Shown here: positions 24,057 to 35,806 of the stretch, in pieces
Position numbering within the stretch: position 1 is the stretch's first letter
Layout of the letters: each line of letters opens with the position of its first letter
NCBI GenBank assembly: GCA_038244815.1
Contig: JBBRTB010000001.1
Span: 40,099-104,098, forward strand
Source of the DNA: Thermoanaerobaculia bacterium
GTDB lineage: Bacteria; Acidobacteriota; Thermoanaerobaculia; Gp7-AA8
Direction of reading: 5' to 3'
Length of the DNA stretch: 64,000 nt
Translations under genes and position numbers: made by a program
Notes under the pieces: generated by a model
The model's input: the letters and a program-made list of their open reading frames with translations, nothing else
Database searches by the model: none
Told to the model about the DNA's origin: nothing

Positions 24057-24773
24057 ATGAAACGACTTCTTGCGGCGGCGCTGCTCTTCGCACTGGTGGC
24101 GTCGCCGGTCATGGCCTCCGACATTCACGGAGCGTGGACGATGACGCCGGGCGACCAGCCCGACAGGATCTACCTGTCCATGACCACGGGTGGGTGGCAC
24201 CAGTTCGGCCGCTCATTCACGCCTGAGTCGATGGGCGTTCGCTCATCGGACCTGTGGGCCACGACCACCACTCCGGTCAGCCTGAAGCTCGACCGCGACG
24301 CGGGTACGCTGGTTCTCGAAGGGACGTTCCGGAACGGAGATGGCGCCAGACAGTTCACGTTCGCTCCGAGCGGAACCTACGCTGCCGCTCTTCGTGCGAT
24401 GGGGCTGACCATCGATCTGCCGGACGACCGGTCGATCGAGGACGAGCTCTTCACGCTGGCCATCGTCGAGGTATCGCTGGATTACGTCCGCACGATGCGC
24501 GGGATCTTCCCCGAAGCCACGCTGCGCGACATGCGCAGGGCGCGCGGAGTGAACGTCACCCCCGAGTCGGTCAACTCTCTCCGTCAGGCCGGTCTCGCGC
24601 TCGACAGTCTCCGTTCCGCGGTCCGGCTCGTGGCGGTGGGAGCGACGGCCGACTACATCCGCTCGCTCCGCGCGGCCGGCGCGGGCTACACGAATCTGAG
24701 CACGCGCGATCTGGTTCAACTGGCAGCGGCCGGCGTCGACGCCCGATTCATCCGCAGCATGTCGAAACAATAG
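24057..24773 (+). CDS. secreted protein: N-terminal DIHGAWT domain plus C-terminal repeats of the same 29-aa type as the BlaR1-like sensor
   Basis: Signal peptide; shares repeat (ADYIRSLRAAG..L...DLV) and C-terminal ...ARFIRSMSKQ with neighbours. Confidence 0.7.
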   Translation: MKRLLAAALLFALVASPVMASDIHGAWTMTPGDQPDRIYLSMTTGGWHQFGRSFTPESMGVRSSDLWATTTTPVSLKLDRDAGTLVLEGTFRNGDGARQFTFAPSGTYAAALRAMGLTIDLPDDRSIEDELFTLAIVEVSLDYVRTMRGIFPEATLRDMRRARGVNVTPESVNSLRQAGLALDSLRSAVRLVAVGATADYIRSLRAAGAGYTNLSTRDLVQLAAAGVDARFIRSMSKQ

Positions 24774-24782
24774 GAGATCACC

Positions 24783-25745
24783 GTGAAAAGACTGTTCATG
24801 CTGTTTGGGATCTGCGCCCTGCTGGCATCCGCCGCCGCTGCCGACATCCATGGTGCCTGGACGGCCGAGGTCAGCGACGGCCCGCGGCTCCAGATGAACA
24901 TGACCTCGCGGAACAACCACAGCAGCTTCGGCCACACCATGACCGTGGACGAGTTCACCGGCCTATCCGATGCCGCGCTCCACGCGGCCACGCAGACAGC
25001 GGCGACGTTCTCGCTCAGCCGCGAAGCGGGAACCGTCTCGTTCGAGGGGACATTCAAGGATGGCTTCGGGGCCGGACAGTTCACGTTCAGGCCGAATCCT
25101 CAGTACCTGGCCTCTCTTCGCGGCATGGGCGTCAACTTCGAAGAGAGCGGCCGCGACAACGACCAGATGCTCACCATGACCATGACGGACGTCTCGTCGT
25201 CGTTCATCCGCTCCATGCAGGCGGAGGGCTATCGGGTCTCCGCCGACAAATACCTCTCCTTCCGGATCTTCGGCGTCACCCCGGAGCTGGTGCGGGAGCT
25301 GCGCTCGCTCGGCTATGACAGGATCGAGGCCGATGACCTCGTGGCCACCCGCATTCACAAAGTCACTCCCGACTACATCCGCTCCATGCGTGCCGCCGGG
25401 TATCCGAACCTGACGCTCGACGATCTCGTGGCCACCCGCATTCACAAGGCCACCCCGGAGTTTCTCGACCAGATGCGATCGCTCGGCTACTCCAGTCTCG
25501 ACTTCGACGATGCCATCGCATTCCGGATCCATCGCGTGACCCCCGAGTTCATCCACGATCTTCGCGATCTCGGTTACACGAACGTGCCGGCCGACGAGCT
25601 CGTGGCCATGCGCATCCACAACGTCACCCCACAGTTCATCCGGGAGTTGAAAGAGGCCGGCTACGAGAACATCCCGGTCGAGAAACTCGTGAGCATGCGC
25701 ATCCACGGCATCGACGCGAACTTCGTGCGGAAGATGAATCGCTAG
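24783..25745 (+). CDS. secreted paralog of 24057-24773 with ~7 tandem repeats (DDLVATRIHKVTPDYIRSMRAAGYPNLTL)
   Basis: Signal peptide; N-terminal domain alignable to upstream paralog (DIHGAWT...GQFTF.P); highly regular 29-aa repeats. Confidence 0.7.
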   Translation: MKRLFMLFGICALLASAAAADIHGAWTAEVSDGPRLQMNMTSRNNHSSFGHTMTVDEFTGLSDAALHAATQTAATFSLSREAGTVSFEGTFKDGFGAGQFTFRPNPQYLASLRGMGVNFEESGRDNDQMLTMTMTDVSSSFIRSMQAEGYRVSADKYLSFRIFGVTPELVRELRSLGYDRIEADDLVATRIHKVTPDYIRSMRAAGYPNLTLDDLVATRIHKATPEFLDQMRSLGYSSLDFDDAIAFRIHRVTPEFIHDLRDLGYTNVPADELVAMRIHNVTPQFIRELKEAGYENIPVEKLVSMRIHGIDANFVRKMNR

Positions 25746-25760
25746 CGCTAGCTGTGCGTC

Positions 25761-25827
25761 CTGGGGCCTCGGGCCTCGGGCCTCGGATTACGGCTGAGTT
25801 GCACCCAGCACCCAGCACCGAGCACCC
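25761..25827. repeat. tandem heptamer repeats (GGCCTCG)x3 and (CACCCAG)x3 in convergent intergenic spacer
   Basis: Direct reading; first block is the reverse complement of the GAGGCCC heptamer found inside imuB/dnaE2. Confidence 0.5.
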
Positions 25828-26840
25828 TACCAGTGCTTGACCGCTCGTCTCTTGCCGGCGCGGGACGGCTGCCACCCGAGCTGCACTACCTCGAAGTCGG
25901 AAGCCTTCAGCGCGGCGAAGGCCGGATTGAGAATGTCGTTGTCCCAGCTCGTGTCGTACGTGCCGCTCACATAGAGGTCGCTTCCGTTGTCGGCGACGAT
26001 GAGGCCGTAGGTCTTCATGGCCTGGAAGATCCGCCGGAGCGGATCGGAAAACGACGAGAGATCTTTCGATCCCTTGAGTCGCAGCCGTGCGCCCATCGGC
26101 AACGCGCCGGCGGTCTCGCCAGCGCGATGCGACCCGGGAAAGACGTAGCCGTTGGTGCGGCTCACCGTCACGCGGAAGGCGTGGCGGATGGGATCGGAGC
26201 CGTAGACCTCGTCGTAGCGCACGAGACCGGGCAGGATGGCCAGGCCGGCGGCATCGGCGCTCGTCCATCCGTCCGGCCGTCGCGCGTTGGAGTCGAGCTG
26301 AAACACGGCACCCGATCCCGCTTCCCATTGCGAGCCGTTCCAGCTCAGGGCGTAGAGCTCGAAGAGGATGCGGTTGTCGCGGTCGACGATGAGCATGTGA
26401 CGGTCGCCATCCGCGTTCGGATCGCCGCCGGCCAGGCCTCCCTCGATCCACTTCTGCTGAGTCTTCGCTTCCTCCGGAATCGGATAGCCCGGCGGCCTCC
26501 CGGGTGCGCCGCTGTCACTCTCGTCGTCGTACTCGAACGTCACCGGAACGAGCGGCTGTGAACCGGAGACGACGATGTAGGGCATCCCGTAGATCGGGGA
26601 CGAGGAGTCGCCGTCTGCCCCGAAGTCGGGGTGCATCCCTCGCGTCAGACCGATGAAGGCGATGAACGCGGCGCTGTTCGGGTCGGCCGGCGCGGCGCTG
26701 ATGTCGGTGTTCCACCAGTTCCCGGGAGGAAACAGCGGAAGCGGAGCGGGCAGCGCGCCGCCTGGCACGGGCGCCTGACCCAGCGCGGCCGAGGCAACCA
26801 GGCAGCCGAGGAGCGCGAGCGTGGTGTGCACTCGCTTCAT
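25827..26840 (-). CDS. secreted hypothetical protein (337 aa)
   Basis: Signal peptide; no family recognised; last gene of a 3-gene minus-strand operon. Confidence 0.6.
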   Translation of the reverse strand: MKRVHTTLALLGCLVASAALGQAPVPGGALPAPLPLFPPGNWWNTDISAAPADPNSAAFIAFIGLTRGMHPDFGADGDSSSPIYGMPYIVVSGSQPLVPVTFEYDDESDSGAPGRPPGYPIPEEAKTQQKWIEGGLAGGDPNADGDRHMLIVDRDNRILFELYALSWNGSQWEAGSGAVFQLDSNARRPDGWTSADAAGLAILPGLVRYDEVYGSDPIRHAFRVTVSRTNGYVFPGSHRAGETAGALPMGARLRLKGSKDLSSFSDPLRRIFQAMKTYGLIVADNGSDLYVSGTYDTSWDNDILNPAFAALKASDFEVVQLGWQPSRAGKRRAVKHW

Positions 26841-27178
26841 CCGCCTCGCGCCGCTTTGATCAGCGCCTCCATGTGCGAGAGATAGCGTTCGAAGGCCCGC
26901 CGCCCCGCCGCCGTCAGCGAATAATCCGTGCGTGGAATCCTCCCGTTGAACGACTTTTTGCAGTTGAGGTAGTTCGCTTCCTCGAGCTTGCGCGTGTGCA
27001 CGCTGACGTTGCCGTCGCTCGTCTCCAGGATGGCCTTCAGTTCGTTGAACGAGAGGCTGGGGTTGACCGCGAGCGCGCTGACGATGGCCAGGCGAGTCTT
27101 CTCGTGGATCAGCCGGTCGAAGTCGGGGATCTTCGTCTCCACGACAGGCTGTAGTCTTCGTGCCGTTGCTTTAGCCAC
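26837..27178 (-). CDS. winged-helix transcriptional regulator (HTH_34/ArsR-like)
   Basis: RLAIVSALAVNPSLSFNELKAIL...GNVSVHTRKLEEANYL...DYSLTAAGRRAFERY; GTG start overlapping upstream membrane-protein stop. Confidence 0.55.
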   Translation of the reverse strand: MAKATARRLQPVVETKIPDFDRLIHEKTRLAIVSALAVNPSLSFNELKAILETSDGNVSVHTRKLEEANYLNCKKSFNGRIPRTDYSLTAAGRRAFERYLSHMEALIKAARGG

Positions 27179-27758
27179 CGTAACTCCTTGCGATGATGAA
27201 GCCGAAGATGACGTGCAGGCCGCCGAAGCCGGCGCCCATGAGAACGTTTCCGACCGACAGCGGGACGAAACAGGCTGCCAGCCCGAGGAGCATGAACAAG
27301 GCACCCATGAGCGGAACGACGCGGATGGAGAACGACCCGCTGCTGATGAATGACGCGCCGTACAGCAGCAGCCAGACCGCGGGCAGCGGCGTGAACACTC
27401 CGGCTCGTGCCAGCACGCCCGTGATCAGCGCCGCGGCGATGAGCGGGGCGCTGTAGGAGACGAAGAAGCGGCGGGCCGGACCGCCGGTCAATGAAAGGTT
27501 GGCGCGCCGCGCCTTGAGCAACATCGTCACCGCGGCGATGGCGGCAGCGACGAGCGCATCGCCAATCCACACACTCATCCAGAGGTGCGGATCCGATTCG
27601 AGCGGCCCCGCTACGATGGCGGTGACGATGGCCGTCGCTCCGATCGCGGAGCCACCCCAGCCCGGAATGGACGTGAACGAGGAGGCGCGATCCATGGCCT
27701 CACGGATCGTGCGGATGCTGTTCAGCGCGTGATCGTGGATGGCGACGCGTTCCGTCAC
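27171..27758 (-). CDS. hypothetical integral membrane protein (~5 TM)
   Basis: Hydrophobic segments; co-oriented with wHTH regulator and secreted protein. Confidence 0.5.
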   Translation of the reverse strand: MTERVAIHDHALNSIRTIREAMDRASSFTSIPGWGGSAIGATAIVTAIVAGPLESDPHLWMSVWIGDALVAAAIAAVTMLLKARRANLSLTGGPARRFFVSYSAPLIAAALITGVLARAGVFTPLPAVWLLLYGASFISSGSFSIRVVPLMGALFMLLGLAACFVPLSVGNVLMGAGFGGLHVIFGFIIARSYGG

Positions 27759-27822
27759 AAGGCGATCTTAAGCGCTTTACTGCGGAAAGTGTGATCGCCT
27801 ACGCTGCCCAAAACATCGAGAG

Positions 27823-28542
27823 TCATTTGATCGTTCGGGCCACGGCCGATTCGCCGCCGGCGGCCGCGGCGCGATCGACGAACCACCAGCTCTCGAGTTC
27901 GCCTGCCGTGGCCCGAGTGATGGGACAGTCCCCACCGCGCCTCACCTCGTCGATGACCGTCCGCTTCGACTCCCCTGCAGCGAGGATCATGCGCAGCCCG
28001 GCATCACGAATGACCGGCAGAGTGATGGTCACCCTCCACTGATTCAGCCGCGGCACGAACACCTCGGCGGCGATGCGATCGGTGACGCCGAGTACGTCCG
28101 TGTCCGGAAAGAGCGACGCCGTGTGACCGTCGTCGCCCACGCCCAGAAGCACGGCGTCGATGCGGGCGATGCCGAGCTGCTTCCAGTCGCTCTCGAACTG
28201 GCGGGCCGTTCCGGCCGGATCGCCGAGCTCGGTCTTGAACCGCAGGAACTCATGCCCCGGCGGGATGCCGTCGCGGAACAACGTGCGCTGGATCATGGCC
28301 GCGTTCGATTGCGGATCATCGAGCGGAACATACCGTTCGTCGACCACCACCCAGATCACCGCGCGCGCGGCCAGCTCCTGGCGATACGGACCGCCTCCGA
28401 GGAGCTCGTAGAGCGGTTTGGGCGTCGAACCGCCGGAGAGGGCCATGACGGAGCGCTGCTTTCGCTGGGCGACTTCGAGAACCGTCTCCGCGGCGCCGCG
28501 AACGAGGTCCCCGGCCGAATCGAAAATGCGCAGGTTCATCAC
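27823..28542 (-). CDS. pgl: 6-phosphogluconolactonase
   Basis: Glucosamine/galactosamine-6-P isomerase fold; GVGDDGHTASLFP motif; downstream of opcA. Confidence 0.85.
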   Translation of the reverse strand: MMNLRIFDSAGDLVRGAAETVLEVAQRKQRSVMALSGGSTPKPLYELLGGGPYRQELAARAVIWVVVDERYVPLDDPQSNAAMIQRTLFRDGIPPGHEFLRFKTELGDPAGTARQFESDWKQLGIARIDAVLLGVGDDGHTASLFPDTDVLGVTDRIAAEVFVPRLNQWRVTITLPVIRDAGLRMILAAGESKRTVIDEVRRGGDCPITRATAGELESWWFVDRAAAAGGESAVARTIK

Positions 28543-29593
28543 GAGCCGCGGACCTGTCCGGCCAGTTGCATGGCCAGCGGAAGCGACCGCACGAACACTT
28601 TGTCCGATTCGGGACGTTTGAGCTGACGCACGATCAATCTGTCCACACCACGGCCACGAACGCGCGTCACGCAGTCGAACGTCTGCGAGCTTCCATCGAC
28701 GGACGCGATGAGCACATCGCGCTCCGTGTCCCGATGGATCGTGGCCTCGCCCCCGTCATCGAAGCCCATTCTGACGGCGGCGAGGCCTCCGTCCTGGCCT
28801 CCCCGGTCGAGCTGGAACGAGCAATCGATGTCCGTGGAGCCGCTCTGGGCCATCAGCCAGGAGGCGTAATAGAGCGACTCGATCGACTCCCCGAACAGAC
28901 CCTGCCCGCTGCCAGCGGCGTTGACGCTAAGGCTGCGGATGCGCGGCAGGCGCCTGCGCATCGACAGCGCGTCGAACAGCGAAGCCGTAACGACACGCCA
29001 GTCTTCCAGCCGCATCCAGTTGAGATCGGCAGGCGCCGTGAACGTGCGCTCGGCAATCTGACGGAGCCAGACCAGATCGTCGACCGAGTCAAACCGCGCG
29101 GAGTCGACGATGAGGCGATCGGCCACGTCGAGGAGCGTCTCGACATAGGAGTGATCTTCGTTCGGCAGGTCGCCCACCCACCACACCGCCACGGGCATGT
29201 CGGGAATGAGCAGTGCATTCACGAGCGGCGGGATATGCCGGACCCGTTCTCCTCCCGCAACGATGGCCACTTCTTCGGAGCAGACCTGCTTGTTCCCGTT
29301 GACCCGATGGCAGTTCGCGCTGATCCAGGAGGAAATGGCGGGCGGCGAGTCCATCTCGGCGCGGATGACGATCGACCGCTGCGGCACGGCCTCGCTGACG
29401 CGGGCCAGCGTCTCGCTGGCCTGGGAGTGGTCCCGCGAATCGGTCGTGTGAGCGACCACGTTCCAGAGCGCCGCGCGGGTCAGGGCGTTGTCGCCCTGCC
29501 CCTCGTTGCGCCATAGCGAGGCCAGGCTTTTCTCGATCGCCGAGTAGTCGACGGCCATCTCTTCGCCGGCCCGGGCCCGGGCCAGATCGCCGC

Positions 29594-29597
<4 letters not shown>
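28539..29597 (-). CDS. opcA: glucose-6-phosphate dehydrogenase assembly protein OpcA
   Basis: OpcA-family similarity; ATG 29597 overlaps zwf stop (ATGA); the long upstream extension to 30071 is an artefact. Confidence 0.75.
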
Positions 29598-31141
<1,544 letters not shown>

Positions 31142-31158
31142 GAGCGATCAATTGTAGT

Positions 31159-33018
31159 TCAGCGAAGATCGCGTGGCAGAGGCCACTCCGGACAACCTGT
31201 GGCCGCGCGTGCAGCCAGCCGAGTGGCCGTGGCCTGCGCTCCCACCGCGAACGCCGCCCGCGCCAGCGCCCAGTCGCGCGTAAACGGATCGTCGAGGCGG
31301 TCGAGCGTCTGCGCGAAGCGCGCATCGTTCTCGGCGAATGCTGAGAGCGCCAGCACGTCGGCGTCTCCCTCCGCCTCCTTCCTCGACCGGGCCACCTCTC
31401 CGCGCGCCTCGGCACTTCGACGAAGGGCGATGAGTGCGCGGCCGCGGTAGTACGCCACCGAGCTCACCGCGCGCGTGCGCCGGTACGGCCGGTAGTGGAT
31501 CGCCTGCAGACGCTCCAGGATCTGATCCGCCGAGGCCGGATCGCCGGCGCGCAGCAGCGCCACCGCGATCGAGAACGAGCGCGCCGGCGAAGTCGTGCCG
31601 GCGAGCTCGCGCAGCGCGGCGGCGCGTAGCTGGGCAGGCGGCGAAGGCGGAACGTTCTCCGGCAACCACGTCCCCGCAGTGGCCAGATCATTCTTCTCCA
31701 TGGCTCCGCTCACCGCGAACGTCGCGGTCCATAGATAGTCGTCTTCCTTCTGAAGATCGCCGGGGATGCTCAGCACGACGGCGACGGCGACGATGAGCGC
31801 GCCAGCCACAAAAGCGCGACGCTCGATCAGGGTGACGACTCCGATCCCGCCGAGCGCGGCCAGACCGATGAGTAGCGGCAGGCGATGGCGGGTTGTAACG
31901 AAGAACGCCACCGGCGCCACCGCCGCGCACATCGTGTAAACGATGAGGGGCACGGCGTACGGCCGTGCTGAGAAACCGTACAGCGCCAGCGGAACGAGCA
32001 GAGCCCAGGAGATCCACACTCCGCCGAGGGCGCGATCCTTGAGGACCATCGACGGGACGTCGTACGCGTCGTACGCGGAGACGAGCAGCCTGGCCTTCCG
32101 GGCGATCAGCATGACGGCGTGCCCCGGATAGGCCTCGGCGAATGCAAAAGCCTTTTGCGACCAGTAGCGATTCGCTTCCTCGCGCGAGAGCGGCCGGCGC
32201 AGGGCTCGCGCGGCCACCACACGATAGGCCACGTGCATCGTGTCCGGCCCCGGAATGGTCTGCTCGATGTCCTTGACGATTCGCGGCGGAACGCCGCCGT
32301 AACCGGTCGAGTTCGCGTTCATGCCTTCGTAGAAGACCGTGCCGGGATCCATGAGCAGGAGGCTTCCGGTCATGGCGCGATTGACGAGAAGCACGACGAA
32401 CACGGGCAGTGCCACCCCGGCAATGAACAACGCGTACGGCCTGATTCTCCGCCGCTCCCCGGCCGGCCGGGAGCCCGTCTCGTGGACGAAGAGCAGCGCA
32501 ACGGCGGCCAGCAGAGCCACGGGCCGGTAGATGATGGCCAGGCCGAAACAGAGACCGGCCGCAAACCGCGACCTCGTGAGCAGCATCAGGCCGAGGGAGC
32601 TGAAGAGCAGCAGAAAGATCTCCGGCTCGAGATCGGTCGCGTTCACCAGCGCGGCTCTGCTGCCGAGGATGAGCACCGCGGCGATGACACCGGCTGCGAA
32701 CCCGCGCAGTCGCGATGCCATCACGGCCGCGATTGCGGCGACGGCGCTGAGCAACACGATCTGGAGCGTCCGGATGCCGTGAACGCCCAGTCCGATGGCC
32801 CGCAGCAGCGCGATGGTCCACAGATAGCCGGGACTGAGATCGGGAATGCGGTCCCGCGGAATGGCGCCGCTTAGCAGCTCCCCGGAAAACTCGAAATACT
32901 TCGCGAAGTACGTGCGATCGGCAATCGAGTCGATGAGGATCACGCGAAAGATCGTCGCCGCAACGAGCGCCACGCCGAAGGCGATCCATGCGCGCCGCCT
33001 CTCCCGATCGTTCATCAC
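31159..33018 (-). CDS. polytopic membrane protein, GT39/GT83-like (PMT/ArnT-type) glycosyltransferase with C-terminal helical repeats
   Basis: More than 10 TM helices with PMT_2-like topology; C-terminal soluble TPR-like region. Confidence 0.5.
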   Translation of the reverse strand: MMNDRERRRAWIAFGVALVAATIFRVILIDSIADRTYFAKYFEFSGELLSGAIPRDRIPDLSPGYLWTIALLRAIGLGVHGIRTLQIVLLSAVAAIAAVMASRLRGFAAGVIAAVLILGSRAALVNATDLEPEIFLLLFSSLGLMLLTRSRFAAGLCFGLAIIYRPVALLAAVALLFVHETGSRPAGERRRIRPYALFIAGVALPVFVVLLVNRAMTGSLLLMDPGTVFYEGMNANSTGYGGVPPRIVKDIEQTIPGPDTMHVAYRVVAARALRRPLSREEANRYWSQKAFAFAEAYPGHAVMLIARKARLLVSAYDAYDVPSMVLKDRALGGVWISWALLVPLALYGFSARPYAVPLIVYTMCAAVAPVAFFVTTRHRLPLLIGLAALGGIGVVTLIERRAFVAGALIVAVAVVLSIPGDLQKEDDYLWTATFAVSGAMEKNDLATAGTWLPENVPPSPPAQLRAAALRELAGTTSPARSFSIAVALLRAGDPASADQILERLQAIHYRPYRRTRAVSSVAYYRGRALIALRRSAEARGEVARSRKEAEGDADVLALSAFAENDARFAQTLDRLDDPFTRDWALARAAFAVGAQATATRLAARAATGCPEWPLPRDLR

Positions 33019-33051
33019 CCTCTATGCTATCCTCCCGCGCCGGGTGACCTG

Positions 33052-34344
33052 ATGCCTCAAAATGGCCGGCGCGTCGCCGTCGTTCGCGGCGTGCGCACTC
33101 CTTTCGCAAAATCCGGAACCGTCTACGCGCGCCTGACCGCGCTCGATCTCGGCAAGATGGCCGTGACCGAGCTCGTGGAGCGCACCGGCGTCGATCCATC
33201 ACAGGTCGACGAGCTCGTCTTCGGCAACGTCATCCCCTCGGTCAAAGCGCCCAACATCGCCCGCGAGATCGTCCTGGGAACCGGTTTGCCGAAGAAGATT
33301 CCCGGCTACGCGGTGGGCAAGGCCTGCGATTCCGCGGCCCAGGCCATCACCTCCGGCGCCGATCTGATCTACCGCGGCTACGCGGACACGGTCATCGCGG
33401 GCGGGTCGGAGTCGCTGTCGGACGTTCCGATTCTCTTCTCGCGAAACATGTCCGAGGCCTTTCAGCGCGCGGCCAAGGCCAAGAGCCTGGCGGCGAGGCT
33501 CGGCGCGTTCCGGAAGATCCGCCCGAAAGATCTCGCTCCCGACACACCGGCGATCGCCGAGTCGACGACCGGCCTGAGCATGGGCGAGTCGGCCGAGAAG
33601 ATGGCCAAAGAGAACGGCATCTCGCGCGAGGCCCAGGACAAGTTCGCGCTGCAGAGCCACCACCGCGCCGCCAGGGCGACGCAGGACGGGCGGTTCAAGG
33701 ACGAAGTGATGACCGTCATCGTGCCGCCGAAGTACGACACGGTGGTGGAGACCGACAATCTCATCCGCGGCGACTCGACGCTCGAAGCGCTTTCGAAGCT
33801 CAAACCGGTCTTCGACCGCAAGTACGGCACGCTGACCGCGGGCAACTCGTCGTCTCTCACCGACGGCGCCGCCGCCGTGCTGCTGATGTCGGAAGAGAAA
33901 GCGAAGGCCGCCGGCTACAAGCCGATCGGTTATCTGCGCAGCTACGCCTACGCGGCGACCGATCCGTTCGACCAGTTGCTGCAGGGACCGGTGTTCGCGC
34001 TGCCCATCGCGCTCGAGCGCGCCGGACTGACGCTCAAGGACATCGGCGTGATCGAGATGCACGAGGCGTTCGCCGCGCAGGTACTGTCGAACATCCAGTG
34101 GATCGGCTCGAAGAAGATCGCCCAGGAGAAACTGGGACGCAGCGAGCCGGTCGGCGATATCGATCCCGAATCGATCAATCCTACCGGTGGCTCCATCGCC
34201 CTCGGACATCCGTTCGGCGCGACCGGTGCGCGCATCGTGACCACCGTCTGCAACGAACTGCAGCGCAGCGGGCAGCGGTATGGGCTCGTGACGATCTGCG
34301 CGGCCGGGGGAATCGGCGTGGCGCTGGTGCTCGAGGCGGAATAG
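33052..34344 (+). CDS. acetyl-CoA C-acyltransferase (thiolase family)
   Basis: Thiolase active-site Cys context (GKACDSAAQ), C-terminal CAAGG and GHP motifs. Confidence 0.9.
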   Translation: MPQNGRRVAVVRGVRTPFAKSGTVYARLTALDLGKMAVTELVERTGVDPSQVDELVFGNVIPSVKAPNIAREIVLGTGLPKKIPGYAVGKACDSAAQAITSGADLIYRGYADTVIAGGSESLSDVPILFSRNMSEAFQRAAKAKSLAARLGAFRKIRPKDLAPDTPAIAESTTGLSMGESAEKMAKENGISREAQDKFALQSHHRAARATQDGRFKDEVMTVIVPPKYDTVVETDNLIRGDSTLEALSKLKPVFDRKYGTLTAGNSSSLTDGAAAVLLMSEEKAKAAGYKPIGYLRSYAYAATDPFDQLLQGPVFALPIALERAGLTLKDIGVIEMHEAFAAQVLSNIQWIGSKKIAQEKLGRSEPVGDIDPESINPTGGSIALGHPFGATGARIVTTVCNELQRSGQRYGLVTICAAGGIGVALVLEAE

Positions 34345-34426
34345 GTCGTCGGTCGTGGGTCCCGGGGGCGTTCGAGCTGCGAAGCTCCCGCGACCGGCGA
34401 CCGGCGACCCCTATAATCGCAGTCGA

Positions 34427-35806
34427 ATGAAATCGCTTCTGGCCGTTCTTTTCCTCACCGCAGCAACCACTCTCCATGCCGCCGTTCCCCCGCTCGACCC
34501 GGCCACGCGCCAGCTGGTGCACGACATCTACCAGCAACTCATCGAGATCAACACGACCGAGTCGGCCGGCAACATGACCACGGCGGCAGAGGCGATGGCG
34601 GCGCGGCTTCGGGCGGCGGGATTTCCCGCGTCGGATGTCCGCGTGCTCACCCCGGAGCCGCGGCATGGCAACCTGGTGGCCCGGCTCCACGGGAACGGAA
34701 CGAAGAAGCCGCTGCTGTTGCTCGCCCACCTCGACGTGGTGGAAGCGCGGCGCGAGGACTGGACGACCGATCCGTTCAAGCTCATCGAACAGGACGGCTA
34801 CTTCTATGCCCGCGGGACCGGCGACGACAAGGCCATGGCCGCGATCTGGATCGCCACGCTGATCCGGCTCCGGCAGGAGCACTTCGTTCCCGATCGCGAC
34901 ATCATCGTGGCCCTGACCTCTGATGAAGAGAGCGGCGACTACAACGGGGCGAAGTGGCTCCTCGACAAGCATCGCGATCTGATCGATGCCGCGCTGGCCA
35001 TCAACGAGGGCGGAGGCGGCGCCATCAAGGACGGCAAGTATCTGTACAACGGCGTCGGCGCGAGCGAAAAGGTGTACGTGACATTCCTCCTCACCGTCCG
35101 GAACAAGGGCGGACACAGCTCCGTCCCGCGGAACCCGAATGCGATCTACCAGCTCGCCGACGCCCTGACGCGGCTCGCGCACTACGACTTCCCGGTCAGG
35201 CTCAACGAAGTCACGCGCGCATATTTCCATCGGCTGGGAGAGATCGAAGGCGGCGATCTGGGCGCGGACATGCGTGTGCTCGCGGATCGGGACGACATGG
35301 CCGCGGCCGCCCGCGTTGCGGAGACTCCCGCACTCAACGCGCGCATGCGCACGACCTGTGTGGCCACGAGACTGGCCGCCGGTCACGCCGACAACGCGCT
35401 GCCGCAAACGGCCACGGCCACCGTGAACTGCCGCGTGTTGCCCGGCGAGGATCCGGAAGCGGTGCGCGGCACGCTCCTGAGCGTGATCAACGATCCGGCC
35501 GTCGAGGTCACCTGGATCGACAAAGCGAAGCCCAGTGTCCCTTCGCCCCTGGATCCCGCGATCATGCAGCCGGTCGAATCGCTGACGCGTGAGTTCTGGG
35601 ACGTGCCCGTCGTGCCGCTCATGGCTGCCGGCGCGAGTGACGGTCTCTATCTGCGCAATGCCGGCATCCCGACGTACGGCCTCTCCGGAATCTTCGGCGA
35701 CATCAACGAGAGTCGCGCGCACGGAAAGGACGAGCGCGTCGGGGTGAAGCAGTTCTACGACGCCGCACAATTTCTCTATTCATTGGTGAAAAGGCTCGCT
35801 TCGTGA
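34427..35806 (+). CDS. secreted M20-family metallopeptidase (ArgE/DapE/CPG2-like)
   Basis: Signal peptide; HLDVV, GTGDDK, EESG metal-ligand motifs. Confidence 0.8.
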   Translation: MKSLLAVLFLTAATTLHAAVPPLDPATRQLVHDIYQQLIEINTTESAGNMTTAAEAMAARLRAAGFPASDVRVLTPEPRHGNLVARLHGNGTKKPLLLLAHLDVVEARREDWTTDPFKLIEQDGYFYARGTGDDKAMAAIWIATLIRLRQEHFVPDRDIIVALTSDEESGDYNGAKWLLDKHRDLIDAALAINEGGGGAIKDGKYLYNGVGASEKVYVTFLLTVRNKGGHSSVPRNPNAIYQLADALTRLAHYDFPVRLNEVTRAYFHRLGEIEGGDLGADMRVLADRDDMAAAARVAETPALNARMRTTCVATRLAAGHADNALPQTATATVNCRVLPGEDPEAVRGTLLSVINDPAVEVTWIDKAKPSVPSPLDPAIMQPVESLTREFWDVPVVPLMAAGASDGLYLRNAGIPTYGLSGIFGDINESRAHGKDERVGVKQFYDAAQFLYSLVKRLAS

